Virus record (IMG/VR): IMGVR_UViG_2853092212_000004
DNA: 64,000 nt
Direction: 5' to 3' (one strand)
DNA from: an uncultured virus (IMG/VR IMGVR_UViG_2853092212_000004)
Taxonomy: Duplodnaviria; Heunggongvirae; Uroviricota; Caudoviricetes
Shown: positions 31,291 through 41,861 of the stretch, in pieces
Layout: each line of letters begins with the position of its first letter
Position numbering within the stretch: position 1 is the first letter of the stretch
Made by a program: the position numbers and the translations under genes
The notes under the pieces: generated by a model
Database searches by the model: none
Seen by the model: only the letters and a program-made list of their open reading frames with translations
What the model was told of the DNA's origin: nothing

Positions 31291-31524
31291 TTATTTAAAT
31301 ATTACTTTTTCTAATGCATAAATAATAAAACCTGTTAAAGCAGTTAATCCAACTACTCCAAAGGTTCTTAATGTCCCATTTAGAGATTTTATACTTTCGC
31401 ATAAATTTTTAATATCGGTCTTAAACTCAATAGCATCTTGCTTCAATTTATCAATTTCCTCACTATGTGAATTGAGCCTCCTTTCATGTGTATCTAACTT
31501 GTCCTTCACTAACTCTTCATTCAT
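31291..31524 (-). CDS. XhlA-like lysis protein
   Basis: Coiled coil HERRLN plus C-terminal TM in lysis module. Confidence 0.75.
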   Translation of the reverse strand: MNEELVKDKLDTHERRLNSHSEEIDKLKQDAIEFKTDIKNLCESIKSLNGTLRTFGVVGLTALTGFIIYALEKVIFK

Positions 31525-31838
31525 AAGTCACTCCCCTTACTTCAAATTTTGTATAAATGAGCAACAAAAAAAGAACTCCTAAAGAGCTCTTCTAGTTGCT
31601 TTGATTTTTTATTCATTTTGTTACGTCATTTATTCCTATTGTGTATCATCTGTAACAGTTGGGCTGTCTCCCCACATTGCTAAAATAGCACTCAGATAGG
31701 GTTCTGTAACTTCTACTTGCACTTGTGTTCTACCTTGTGTTGAATTAGAATATCCTCTATACCATGGGTTACCTATTAAATATTCTTTACCATCTACGGT
31801 TACATAATTTTGTTTTTTTATATTTACACTATCTTTAG

Positions 31839-33487
31839 CCTGAATTATTCATAGATATAGTTAATAACATAAGAAAGTTAGTTTTTCATGCTATTAGCTA
31901 TTTCTTTTCTTAATTTTTAATTATTTTTCTAAATATACGTACAGCTTCGCTACGGACTTTAGGTTTTAACCATATCTTACATATTAAATTGTAATCTGAA
32001 TCAATTTAATAACGGCAGTGAATTGATATTTTTTAAAATATGCCAAAACTCATTTTGATAAGCACATGAACTACAGAGTTTGAATTTTAAGTATCTACTA
32101 CTCTTTACAAGTTTACCAGCTACTTTAATTATTTTCATTCGTATTGTTTCTATTCTTAGAGATTTCATTGAATTTGTAAAACATAATCTTCTAATCCAAT
32201 TGTTTAAATTGTATGCTAAAACCATCTCTTGAAGCTTATTAGCATTTGCGATAAAAGATGAACTACTCATTTTATCGAAAGCGAAGCCGTTTTTGCCTTC
32301 TTTAATAAAATTCTCCATTGTTCCTCTATTACAATAAAATTTTATTACAGCTTCTGGATGGCTGGTCATGTTAGTCACAACAAAAGTATAATCTATACAC
32401 ATTTGACCTTCTTTCTTTTCTAATTTCACAACAACTCTACGTTCTTTAGTCCATTTCTTTGCTTTATATACAAATTCACCATATATAGTATAATGGTCAT
32501 AGATATTTCTTTTGCATAATATCTCCATTCTTGTAGTAAATTCTTCAGAATACTTATACAATGTTGCATTTGCTTTTAATCTTATTGCATATTTAGCATC
32601 ATGTTCTTCTGCAATTTCATAAAGTCCAGGTATAGCAAAACCGCTATCGCCACGAATGTATAGGTCTGTACAAATATATTTATTTGAATACCTTTTTAAT
32701 AATGGACCAATAAAAGCCACTGTTTTTCTTGATGTATAAACATTTCCAGAACGCAACTCTGCCTTTAATAAATCACCTGTTAGTCCATCAAAAACTAATA
32801 GTGGATGATATCCATTTGCTGAATAATGTGAATTGTATGCTGAACCATATTGATTACCATAAGTTTCAAAATTAGTAGAATCAATATCCAAAATTATTTG
32901 ATTTGGCATATCAATTGAGTATACTTTATCCAAAACCAACTCATTTATTTTATTAAATTGTCTTAAGTTTTCTTTATCGAGATTGTTATTAAAACGTGAA
33001 ATTGTAGGCTGTGAAGCTAGTGCATTTTTATCTAAAATTGTAGTAAGCGCTGGATCATATCTTAATTCATCTGAATTATCGTCGGTTGTATAGCCAGCTA
33101 TTCTTTGATAAACTTTTTGTAGTAATATCTCTTCGTTTGTATGTTCTCTATGATTAATTCCATCATTAACATAAAAAACATCTTTTACAGTTCTTGAAAA
33201 ACCTATTCTTTCATCAAATTCACTATATAAAATAAGACCAGAATCTGATGTTAAATTTCCACCATCAAAATTAATTTTTACATTTCTCTTGAAATTCAAA
33301 GATTTTTCTAATAAACTACCCATATAGACTCTCCTTTGTTAATTGTTTTTTTTCGCAAATTAACCATAACAAATTTGAGTCTATTTTTCTATATTTTTTC
33401 ACTTAATAAGTGAAGTTTTGAATTTGTTAAGAACAGCTTAACGAGCCATGCAAAGCATGTTTCATATAATTTTATGAATAATTCAGG
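31839..33487 (-). mobile_element. IS1380-family element, 1649 bp
   Basis: IRs cctgaattattcata / tatgaataattcagg; 5-bp TSD tttag. Confidence 0.93.
32001..33323 (-). CDS. IS1380 transposase
   Basis: LTSDSG, ASQPTISRF, LDIDST, RGDSGF, NRGTMENFIKE. Confidence 0.95.
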   Translation of the reverse strand: MGSLLEKSLNFKRNVKINFDGGNLTSDSGLILYSEFDERIGFSRTVKDVFYVNDGINHREHTNEEILLQKVYQRIAGYTTDDNSDELRYDPALTTILDKNALASQPTISRFNNNLDKENLRQFNKINELVLDKVYSIDMPNQIILDIDSTNFETYGNQYGSAYNSHYSANGYHPLLVFDGLTGDLLKAELRSGNVYTSRKTVAFIGPLLKRYSNKYICTDLYIRGDSGFAIPGLYEIAEEHDAKYAIRLKANATLYKYSEEFTTRMEILCKRNIYDHYTIYGEFVYKAKKWTKERRVVVKLEKKEGQMCIDYTFVVTNMTSHPEAVIKFYCNRGTMENFIKEGKNGFAFDKMSSSSFIANANKLQEMVLAYNLNNWIRRLCFTNSMKSLRIETIRMKIIKVAGKLVKSSRYLKFKLCSSCAYQNEFWHILKNINSLPLLN

Positions 33488-33534
33488 TTTAGTAAGTGTA
33501 TCTAACATTATTTTTTCTTTCATAATTTTCCCTC

Positions 33535-34461
33535 CTACGCTTTTTTATATTGGCCTGTTATTGTAATTGCAAATGTTTGGCCTAAATTTGTATTAGCAAC
33601 TGATATACCTGATGAATTATCTGTTGGTTGCAACAACGCTATAGCTGAAGAACTGTTCATAACTTGTGCTGTTGCAAATTTTGCATTAGTATCCATATCA
33701 AGATTATTTAAATCACTTACCGACAAAGGAATATTAACCCCATCACTAACGGCTGCAAATGGCAATCCTGCTATTCTTAAATTGCCATTAAAAGCCCCAG
33801 TATATGATAAAAGCACTACTTTAAGTTTAAAAGTAATAAGCTTATTCTGCCTAATGAAACTTCCATTCTGTGCTGAATAAACCGGTACAAAAGTACCAGA
33901 ATTAGTTGCACCAGTTATATATGGAGTAAATGTTCCTTCTTCATATTGATTCGCCAATTCTGACATTTGTGCATTAATACTACTGATAGAATTTGTTAAA
34001 ATATTAATATCATTCTTTGTTGCAAGTATCACTGTTGGATCTATTTTTAGTGTTACAGAGCTTACATTAGTAACTTCAAAAGTCATCTTTATATATAATT
34101 CCTTAGTGGATCCATTACTTGCTAAAGGTTTATATGTTTCAGGATATTTACCTATAGCAATTAAATCATTATTATCATCAAAAATTCCAACTTCTCTTAT
34201 AAAAAAGTCTCCAACATCTGCTGGAATAGCACATACAACATTTATCCAATTAGAGTTAGATTCATCGATTTCAATACTATTGATTTCGCAACTATATACG
34301 GTATGAACCAAATCTGTTTGGCTTTCACTTGGATTATAATAAATACCATTAGAATCTCCTATTTTCATTGTTTTCAAATTTACTTTTGCTCCTAGAGCAA
34401 TACTATTAGCTATTTTGGCTTTACCTATTGCAGTTGGTATTGTATAAAATTGTTCTGCCAT
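33535..34461 (-). CDS. Tail fibre protein (DUF3751-type N-terminus)
   Basis: FYTIPTAIGKAK, GDFFIREVG, YPETYKP. Confidence 0.85.
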   Translation of the reverse strand: MAEQFYTIPTAIGKAKIANSIALGAKVNLKTMKIGDSNGIYYNPSESQTDLVHTVYSCEINSIEIDESNSNWINVVCAIPADVGDFFIREVGIFDDNNDLIAIGKYPETYKPLASNGSTKELYIKMTFEVTNVSSVTLKIDPTVILATKNDINILTNSISSINAQMSELANQYEEGTFTPYITGATNSGTFVPVYSAQNGSFIRQNKLITFKLKVVLLSYTGAFNGNLRIAGLPFAAVSDGVNIPLSVSDLNNLDMDTNAKFATAQVMNSSSAIALLQPTDNSSGISVANTNLGQTFAITITGQYKKA

Positions 34462-35091
34462 CTAATTATCTCCTTTCGGTAATATGCTTACAGTTTCAGC
34501 TAACTTGCTTTGACTCATAGCTATCTTTATCTTTCCTCTTGTGCTTATTTCCTGTATTTGATATGGATAAACTCTGATTTCTTCTCCTGTTGTCATAGCG
34601 AAACCAATCCTTATATTATCTTGTGTATTAGATACTAACTTAAAATTTATCTCTATAAATGCCGGCTTAATATCATCTAATAATTCTAAAAAATATTCAA
34701 ATGCATAAGGTATTCCAATATTAGATGTAACATTTATTACTATTTTAAAGTTTTTCAAATCAAATATTGGTTCTACATTCCCTGTAATATAAGTACCAGC
34801 TAATTCTTGTATCATTGTTTTGGAGAAATTAGCTAACGCATTTAAATAAGCATTTACTCTCTTTCTTCTAGCTTCTAATGTTTCGTTTTGCAAAACTTTT
34901 ATTTTTAAAATATTTTCCCATCTTGTAATTGTTAGTGCATCTGCTGTATTTATATAATAATTATTTTTTATTGCTACTAATTTATTTTCTATTAATGATA
35001 ATTCAGATGCATGGGCTTTATTAAATTCTGCAACTAGCTTAGATTTAACATAATCATCAGGCATGTAACTTAATAACTTATTACTATCCAA
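34462..35091 (-). CDS. Baseplate protein (XkdU/YmfQ-like)
   Basis: RWE..LEARR..IKPA; follows baseplate J. Confidence 0.8.
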   Translation of the reverse strand: MDSNKLLSYMPDDYVKSKLVAEFNKAHASELSLIENKLVAIKNNYYINTADALTITRWENILKIKVLQNETLEARRKRVNAYLNALANFSKTMIQELAGTYITGNVEPIFDLKNFKIVINVTSNIGIPYAFEYFLELLDDIKPAFIEINFKLVSNTQDNIRIGFAMTTGEEIRVYPYQIQEISTRGKIKIAMSQSKLAETVSILPKGDN

Positions 35092-36148
35092 GTGTTACAC
35101 CTCCAAGAACTGCAACTTCTTCACTTTCTATATCTATATTTACAGTTCCAGAATTTAAAGTTAAATCAGTATAATCATCTATTCCATCTATACTAATTAT
35201 TAATTTACCTACCATAGCATATGAAGCATATTTTATTGTTTCAGAAAATGCTATTTCTTTTAAATAATCTTTGACTGCATTTTCTATGGCTGCTTTTGCA
35301 ATATCAGAGTTTAATGTTGTTATAAGCTTCACTCCTATATCAATATTTTTTTCTGTAGCACTAACAACAGTACATATTCCACCTCCACATGGTGCAGCTC
35401 CTTCGCCATCTCCATTTTTATTTGGATCTATATGACTTTGTACATTTTCAACTAATTCTTCATCAGCTCCAACTTTATTTGAGTTTATTATTATAACTTT
35501 TACTGTTCCTGGTCCTTCCCATAAAGGTATTACATTAGCATCTCCAACACCAGTAACTTCTAACGCCCAATTTCTATAAGCATTTTTATTAGCACTATTG
35601 ACGATAGTTTGGACTTTTATATAGTATCTTTTTCTTAAATCATCATCAGATTCTTCATCATATCCATTCGTGAATTCTGAATTATTTATAACAGCATGAA
35701 TCCCAGATAATGTTTTTGGAATATATTTAATCGCATTTTTAGGAATATTCCCTATAGAACCATAATTAGTACATTCAACTAAAAGATTTGCTTCATTATT
35801 TGTTATTTTTATATCTTCTAAAGCTACAAACGTTAAAGAATCTGATGCAAACAAATCTCCCTTTACTATTTTAGATCCATTTGTTCCAGTTACAGTAACA
35901 TATCCATATGACTTAGTTGTTGCCTTCCTTGACAGCCCTACTGTTTTCACTATTTTTTCTAGGTCTTTTCCTTTTGCAGTATCAGGCATTGCTTTATCAT
36001 GCAATAATTCTATTTCTTTATAAACATTTTCAAGCTCCATTGCTACTGGCTTCTCAATATCATATATAAATTCACCTTCACTTTTATTGTACGAATCATT
36101 TATATTAGTTAATAGCCTAGCTTGTATAACATCTCTGCTATCGCTCAT
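35084..36148 (-). CDS. Baseplate J / XkdT-like
   Basis: GYDEESDDDLRKR, YRNWA..GVG, GPGTVKV. Confidence 0.92.
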   Translation of the reverse strand: MSDSRDVIQARLLTNINDSYNKSEGEFIYDIEKPVAMELENVYKEIELLHDKAMPDTAKGKDLEKIVKTVGLSRKATTKSYGYVTVTGTNGSKIVKGDLFASDSLTFVALEDIKITNNEANLLVECTNYGSIGNIPKNAIKYIPKTLSGIHAVINNSEFTNGYDEESDDDLRKRYYIKVQTIVNSANKNAYRNWALEVTGVGDANVIPLWEGPGTVKVIIINSNKVGADEELVENVQSHIDPNKNGDGEGAAPCGGGICTVVSATEKNIDIGVKLITTLNSDIAKAAIENAVKDYLKEIAFSETIKYASYAMVGKLIISIDGIDDYTDLTLNSGTVNIDIESEEVAVLGGVTLG

Positions 36149-36151
36149 TTT

Positions 36152-36598
36152 CTATCTCACCACACTTTCTGTGCTTGTGCCATAAATACTAATAACATCA
36201 AAAGTGCAATTAAGTAACCTTTTATCCTTTTTAAACACAAAATTATTTACAGCTTTTATATCAGAATTTCTTAATAATGCTTCTGTAATTATAATTTGAA
36301 TTTGCGCTTCCTTATAAGCTAAAGGATAATCGCTTGTTATTAAATCCAAAAGCGAATCAACACCATATTTTTCAGTATTGTTTGTATTATATATTTTGTA
36401 TTTGTTTTTATCTGTTCTAATAGTTTTTTGAATCCATTGCTTTAAAGCCTCGTGCTTACTTATTGTTTCTACTCTTCCATCTTTAACATAAAAATCTCCT
36501 GTTTCAAAATTGAAACATGGAGATTTACCTTTACTACTTATTGAATTTGTATCATCTAATTTGTCTATTGTGTTAACTACTTCTTGATTCGGAAACAA
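36152..36598 (-). CDS. XkdS/DUF2634-like baseplate protein
   Basis: EALKQWIQK..YG..EALL. Confidence 0.8.
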   Translation of the reverse strand: MFPNQEVVNTIDKLDDTNSISSKGKSPCFNFETGDFYVKDGRVETISKHEALKQWIQKTIRTDKNKYKIYNTNNTEKYGVDSLLDLITSDYPLAYKEAQIQIIITEALLRNSDIKAVNNFVFKKDKRLLNCTFDVISIYGTSTESVVR

Positions 36599-36614
36599 AA
36601 CTATATCACCTCTT

Positions 36615-36935
36615 TTACACTTTCTTTACTGCAACATAAGCATGACCATTTAAAATGGGAATACATAAAACACTATCCCCATTATTTAGTTCTCTTGTTA
36701 TAATAAAATTTTTAGATTCATTGCCTTCAATTTCTATAGTTCCAGTTATTTTTCTTAAATCCTCACATACATAGAGAGGAGTATGATCATCATTTTCTAT
36801 AAATATAGCTGCTCCTCCAAATAAAGATACCTTCATAGGATTTAATGAAATTATTTTGCCTATTTTAGCTTCATCTGGATCTTTATTATCTCTTTCCCTG
36901 AAAAATTTCATAATTCCAACATCATATCTATCCAT
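36615..36935 (-). CDS. XkdR/DUF2577-like baseplate protein
   Basis: GKIISLNP..LNNGDSV; synteny. Confidence 0.7.
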   Translation of the reverse strand: MDRYDVGIMKFFRERDNKDPDEAKIGKIISLNPMKVSLFGGAAIFIENDDHTPLYVCEDLRKITGTIEIEGNESKNFIITRELNNGDSVLCIPILNGHAYVAVKKV

Positions 36936-36942
36936 TTTTCAC

Positions 36943-37854
36943 CTACCAAACAACTGTAATGCTTGCCTTATGCAATCCATTTTGTAATTTATGATTTGCA
37001 TTTTTTATTTTATAGTACCCATTCAATCTACTTCCTGCTTGCAAATAAATCATTCTATTAGGCTTTATTAAATCTCCATCTTTAAGTGCTATCATATCAT
37101 TTAAAGTAGCTGAATATTCTATTTTATTGCTATTTGCTAAAGCATTATTAGCAATATTTTGAGCTTGTGCAATATTTTTATCGTCTACATTGAAATTATC
37201 ACTTAAAACTCCATAGAATCCTTGTTGACTTGTATCTTCTGCTGTAGCTTCTACTTTTGCATTATCATCATTTCCGCTTGTTACAGTTATCCTATTTTTC
37301 ATTTTCTCCATTGACATATCTATATCTATTTGCTTAGGCAAAATTATTTTAGGATTAATTTTCATTTCTGAAAGCTTTCTAATATATAAAATATTGCCTT
37401 CTATTTCTTTAAAGTATGTTGCTCCCTGGTCATTTTTAGCTTGTTCTAAAATGTCGTCTATTATTTTATCCATAGTAGCATTCGAATAAGTTTTGCTTAT
37501 AGTAGTTGGCATATCTGCTATTATACAGATTAAATAAGCTTCATTAGCTAAGGATCTTATAGCATCATCCGCTCTCATATTATAAAATTGTTTGACAGAA
37601 ATTTTATTATTTTTAAGATAATAGCTATAGTCCTGGCAAGTATAGCTCCATATCCATCTTTTTTTAATTGGATGAAATGCAATTCCTCTAAAAATTTCTA
37701 AGGAGTCATTAAATAGCTGCACAACTGTTCCAGTAGGAATTTCTTTTATACTATCAAAAGTTAATTGACTCCCCAAGTTATCTGTATCTCCACCCCATGA
37801 AACAGTATTGCCATCATTAAAAATATCTTGATTATTAACAATAAGCTTATACAC
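36943..37854 (-). CDS. XkdQ-like baseplate hub
   Basis: Synteny and size; YG, H..NGLH motifs. Confidence 0.75.
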   Translation of the reverse strand: MYKLIVNNQDIFNDGNTVSWGGDTDNLGSQLTFDSIKEIPTGTVVQLFNDSLEIFRGIAFHPIKKRWIWSYTCQDYSYYLKNNKISVKQFYNMRADDAIRSLANEAYLICIIADMPTTISKTYSNATMDKIIDDILEQAKNDQGATYFKEIEGNILYIRKLSEMKINPKIILPKQIDIDMSMEKMKNRITVTSGNDDNAKVEATAEDTSQQGFYGVLSDNFNVDDKNIAQAQNIANNALANSNKIEYSATLNDMIALKDGDLIKPNRMIYLQAGSRLNGYYKIKNANHKLQNGLHKASITVVW

Positions 37855-37862
37855 ATTATCAC

Positions 37863-38630
37863 CTAACTTTCAATTAAAGCTCCATCATCATCAAATGTAT
37901 ATTTAACTCCATCTATTGTCGCAGATCCACTAAAATACATTGCTCCATCAGAACCAAAATAATACCATTTATTTTTATATTGAATCCATTCATTTCTAGC
38001 CATAGCACAACTATCTTTAAAATAATACCAATAACCTCCATCTTGAAGCCAACTATTTTGTTGTGCATAGCCATCTGGCCTAAAATTATACCATTCATTA
38101 TTTATAAGCTGCCAATTCCCCATATAATAACTTCCATTTGCATCATATACGTACCACCATCCAGTATTATCTTGTTGCCATCCTACTGTGCTAGTTTGCG
38201 TAATAATAGTATTATAATCTCGCCATTGCTTAAGATCTAAGCTATATTCATAATCGCCATTTTTCATTATTGAATGCTCAAATTTTTCAACGCTAAAAGA
38301 ATCATTTACATAATATCCATCAGGAGTACTTATTACCACTCGAATAGGTTCAGCATTAGTTTTAGCATTTTCAATTAAATCGATTATTTCCTTTGCTTTA
38401 ACTTTACTTTTAGAGAAATAATACTTACTTGCATCTCTTGGAAGCCAATCACTCCAGGAACTTTTAATTAATCCTTTTTTCTCAATAAAGTTATATGGTA
38501 TATCCCAATAAGTTTCAAACTCCTCATTCTTGCTATCACTAGAAAAGGAAGGTAACTTAGGTGGAATCGTTGGAAATTGTAATACTTTTGTTCTATTATA
38601 ATCACTAACATAAATATTATAATTACTCAT
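37863..38630 (-). CDS. XkdP-position tail-tube initiator with C-terminal choline-binding repeats
   Basis: N-terminal P..P/YSLDLKQWR domain; WYYF-type repeats. Confidence 0.75.
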   Translation of the reverse strand: MSNYNIYVSDYNRTKVLQFPTIPPKLPSFSSDSKNEEFETYWDIPYNFIEKKGLIKSSWSDWLPRDASKYYFSKSKVKAKEIIDLIENAKTNAEPIRVVISTPDGYYVNDSFSVEKFEHSIMKNGDYEYSLDLKQWRDYNTIITQTSTVGWQQDNTGWWYVYDANGSYYMGNWQLINNEWYNFRPDGYAQQNSWLQDGGYWYYFKDSCAMARNEWIQYKNKWYYFGSDGAMYFSGSATIDGVKYTFDDDGALIES

Positions 38631-38645
38631 TTATTACCTTCCCTT

Positions 38646-40754
38646 CTATGAATTAACCATTTGATAATATAATTTGTTAAAAATATGTTGTCCTACTTGG
38701 TCTGCAAACTCTTCATTGCCTACCATATTCCCTTGAACTATTACTTGTACAATTATTGGTGTACCACTATTATTCAATATCTTATCTGTTTGACCTGCCG
38801 GAATAACTTTCGATCCACTTGGCAGTATTGCCATTTCTCCATTTCCAAACTCATTCATTCTAGTAGGGCCACCAGGCCAATAATGTGTTCCTGTTGCATT
38901 CATAGGCGTTCTTGTATACACTGGATCTCCGCTTCCATTTGTTACAGATGTAACTGTTTCTGTTGCTGTTACATTAACTGTAGAGCCATCTAATCCAAGA
39001 AACTTCTTAAGTTTTCCCCATGCATTTTCTGCCCATTCACAAATATCTTTAAAGTGTTTTACAACTTCATATATTGCAAATCCTAAACCAGCTATTGCAA
39101 GTGTTACAACTCCAATTGGATTTGCATCCATTGCTACATTTAACAGCCATTGTGCTGCTTCCCAGGCACTTGTAGCATTTTGTATTCCCCAAATCATAAG
39201 TTCTATTGTTCCCCATGCACTAGTTGCAAATGTTGTAATTCCAATCCAAGTATTAACTCCAACAATAGCTAACTGCCATGCAGCAATTGCTCCAACTATA
39301 CTATATACAACTGGTTCAATTGTTGGCCAATTGTCATTTACAAAATTAACTACTCCTGTAGCCCCATCAATTATTCCAGAAATAGCATCACTTACAGAAT
39401 CCCAATTATCAGGTGTTACAGCCGAAAATGATGGTACAACACTATTATAAATAGTGCTTGCCAAATTAGATGCAGAACCTATTAAATCACCAAGCGAAGG
39501 CACGATCTTGTCTATAATTGAACCTCCAACGCTTAAAAAAGTATTAGTTACTCCACCTATATCTTCTTTTATTTCAGGAATATTACTTCTAAACCAATTT
39601 GCAAAATCATTTAAACGAGGTAGTACAGCATCCGAGATTGGAATTAATACGCTTGTTTGAATATTTCGTTTAATTCCCTCAAATGCACTACCTACATCGC
39701 TATATTTTACTTTGTTTATTTGTGCCAAAGCATCATATGTGTTGCTTATTTCTCCATCAACATTTCCTAAGCTTTCAATTACGTTTATACCTAAATCTTC
39801 AAATTGCGTGCCAAACAGTTCGACGCCTATTTGGCTTTGTTTTAAAGGGTCTTTCATATTTGATAAAGCTGCAATAACATCCTCAAAAGTATCTTTTGCG
39901 CTATCTCCGCCTTGAGCAAATTTAGCTGCTAAATCATCAGCATTAAATCCAAGCTGAGTGAATCCATCTTCTGTTGTTTTACTTCCATCAACAGCTCTTA
40001 TAGAAAATTCTTTAATTGCATCTCCAACTTTGTCTAAATTAAAAGCACCTTCTTGTGATCCTGCTGAGAATACATTAAACATATCTTCAGCATTTAATCC
40101 AAGCTTTTTGAATTGCACACTATATTCATTGATAGAATCTAACATTTCTCCACTAAAATCTAATCCGCCTTGTTTCCCTCGTGCAATTAAATTAAATGCT
40201 TCATCACCATCTACTCCAAATTGTTTCATTAAAGTTGATGCTGATCTAACAGATTCATTTACCTCATACCCAAAAGTATCTTTTAATGCTATTGCATTTT
40301 CAGTTAGTCCTTTTAAATCATCACCAGTATATCCAGTTTGCTCTCCTACTGCTTTTAATGCTTCGCCTATCTCTTCGAAATTCTCTCCAAAATTATCATT
40401 GTATATATCTAGCATGACATTTTTCATTCTATCCATGCCAGTTTCAGCAAGTCCACTAGATGTCATAACTCCATTTAGAGATTTTTGAAGCTCATTTCCG
40501 AAAGTAACAGTTTCAACTATACCATCTTTCATACTCTCCCATATATCCATACCAGCACCAAAGCCGATTCCCCTAAGCATAGAGTCTTTAACAATGCTAA
40601 AAGCTTCACTAACTGTTTTTTTCATTTTAACAGCCTGATCTTCTGTATCCTTCATACCAGACTTAAATCCTTGAGTATTTTTAGCGACATTCTGAATAGT
40701 ATCACTAAAATTATCTTTCAAATTTAATATGGTATTAATTACTTTAGATGCCAA
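38646..40754 (-). CDS. Tape measure protein
   Basis: Ala/Gly-rich, DSINEYS, KEFSIR, ANPIG; synteny. Confidence 0.9.
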   Translation of the reverse strand: MASKVINTILNLKDNFSDTIQNVAKNTQGFKSGMKDTEDQAVKMKKTVSEAFSIVKDSMLRGIGFGAGMDIWESMKDGIVETVTFGNELQKSLNGVMTSSGLAETGMDRMKNVMLDIYNDNFGENFEEIGEALKAVGEQTGYTGDDLKGLTENAIALKDTFGYEVNESVRSASTLMKQFGVDGDEAFNLIARGKQGGLDFSGEMLDSINEYSVQFKKLGLNAEDMFNVFSAGSQEGAFNLDKVGDAIKEFSIRAVDGSKTTEDGFTQLGFNADDLAAKFAQGGDSAKDTFEDVIAALSNMKDPLKQSQIGVELFGTQFEDLGINVIESLGNVDGEISNTYDALAQINKVKYSDVGSAFEGIKRNIQTSVLIPISDAVLPRLNDFANWFRSNIPEIKEDIGGVTNTFLSVGGSIIDKIVPSLGDLIGSASNLASTIYNSVVPSFSAVTPDNWDSVSDAISGIIDGATGVVNFVNDNWPTIEPVVYSIVGAIAAWQLAIVGVNTWIGITTFATSAWGTIELMIWGIQNATSAWEAAQWLLNVAMDANPIGVVTLAIAGLGFAIYEVVKHFKDICEWAENAWGKLKKFLGLDGSTVNVTATETVTSVTNGSGDPVYTRTPMNATGTHYWPGGPTRMNEFGNGEMAILPSGSKVIPAGQTDKILNNSGTPIIVQVIVQGNMVGNEEFADQVGQHIFNKLYYQMVNS

Positions 40755-40769
40755 ATTATCACCCCCATA

Positions 40770-41353
40770 TTAATTTTTTGGTGGTTTAGCATTCATCAAT
40801 TCCTTTTTATAAATAACATATTCCATTAAAAGCTCTTTTTGAGTTTTAGGTAAACTCCATAAATATTCGAGGGAATGGCCACATTCAAAGAAATAACCTA
40901 ACCAAAATAATGGTCCTATCTCTCCTTTGCCATTCCCCCTTATTAGTTTTTTAATTTTTCTTTAGTCTTTTTACCATCTCCAAAAGCTTCCTTTATCTTT
41001 TTGGCTATTCCAGCTAAATTTTCAACTCCAAAAGCCTTTACTGGTGCATCTAAAGGATCTTTTATTCCCCAAGCTTTATGCAATTCTGGATTTTGTAAAA
41101 ATGGACAAGAAAAATAAATGAATTCTTTAGACGCATTGGCCAATAATTTATAATCTGTACCGATTATTTCTTCATTTTTATTCATCTTAATTGCATTTGC
41201 CTGTGCATCTAAATACTCTAAAAGATTATCTTCTGTAGGTCTTATAAAGGTTATAGGTCCATATCCTTCTATCTCTATATCAGCTTCTTTCCTTATTCCT
41301 TCACTTTTCTCTAATCCCTTTTTAATAAAATCCTCTAATGACATTTTGTTCAT
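40770..41353 (-). CDS. Tail assembly chaperone (40943..41353) with predicted -1 frameshift extension to 40770
   Basis: A AAA AAC just before stop; open -1 frame ..LIRGNGKGEIGPLFWLGYFF..PPKN*. Confidence 0.8.
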
Positions 41354-41414
41354 AATATTCCTCCAAAATTTTATTTTAAAATTGAAAAGATGCTTAATTA
41401 TAAGCATCTTAATA

Positions 41415-41846
41415 TTAAATAGTTTCAATAGCATCGAAGTCTCCAAAGTTAAACGGAAACTCCTCTTCAATTATTTTTTTAGATTCAAACCCAGCAAGTA
41501 AGAATTCAGTTATTACTACTCCCTCTATACTTGCTTTTTCACTTTTTCCTGTTGCTTTATCAGTTAAGCTTGATATTAATTTTATATCTGGCATGACTCC
41601 ACTTTTATATGCATCAGCACAAATCTTCCATATTGTACTATCAACTTTTTTTACTGTAAGCGTACCTTCTCCTGACCACCCATTATATCTGCTATATGTT
41701 GCATTATCTCCACAAAACTCAACCGTTTCAAAATTACCTTTTACTTTAGCTTCAATCTTACTTAAATTGGCTAAAAGCTGTCCATTAAACCACAGATTAC
41801 CACTGCTGCCTGTCAAAACCTTATTCGCTAATGCTTGATTTCCCAT
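41415..41846 (-). CDS. Tail tube protein (XkdM-like)
   Basis: GNLWFNG, GEGTL, EEFPFNF. Confidence 0.9.
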   Translation of the reverse strand: MGNQALANKVLTGSSGNLWFNGQLLANLSKIEAKVKGNFETVEFCGDNATYSRYNGWSGEGTLTVKKVDSTIWKICADAYKSGVMPDIKLISSLTDKATGKSEKASIEGVVITEFLLAGFESKKIIEEEFPFNFGDFDAIETI

Positions 41847-41861
41847 GTTTATCTACCCCCT

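Larger units (their letters stand above)
31636..33523 (-). pseudogene. 77-aa tail-fibre-associated small protein split by IS1380
   Basis: Rejoined frame MKEKIMLDTLTKDSVNIKKQNY..MWGDSPTVTDDTQ. Confidence 0.8.

Noticed and set aside
39454..40727. Plus-strand ORFs opposite the tape measure (and similar antisense ORFs elsewhere)
   Set aside because: Shadow frames of well-supported genes, with no motifs
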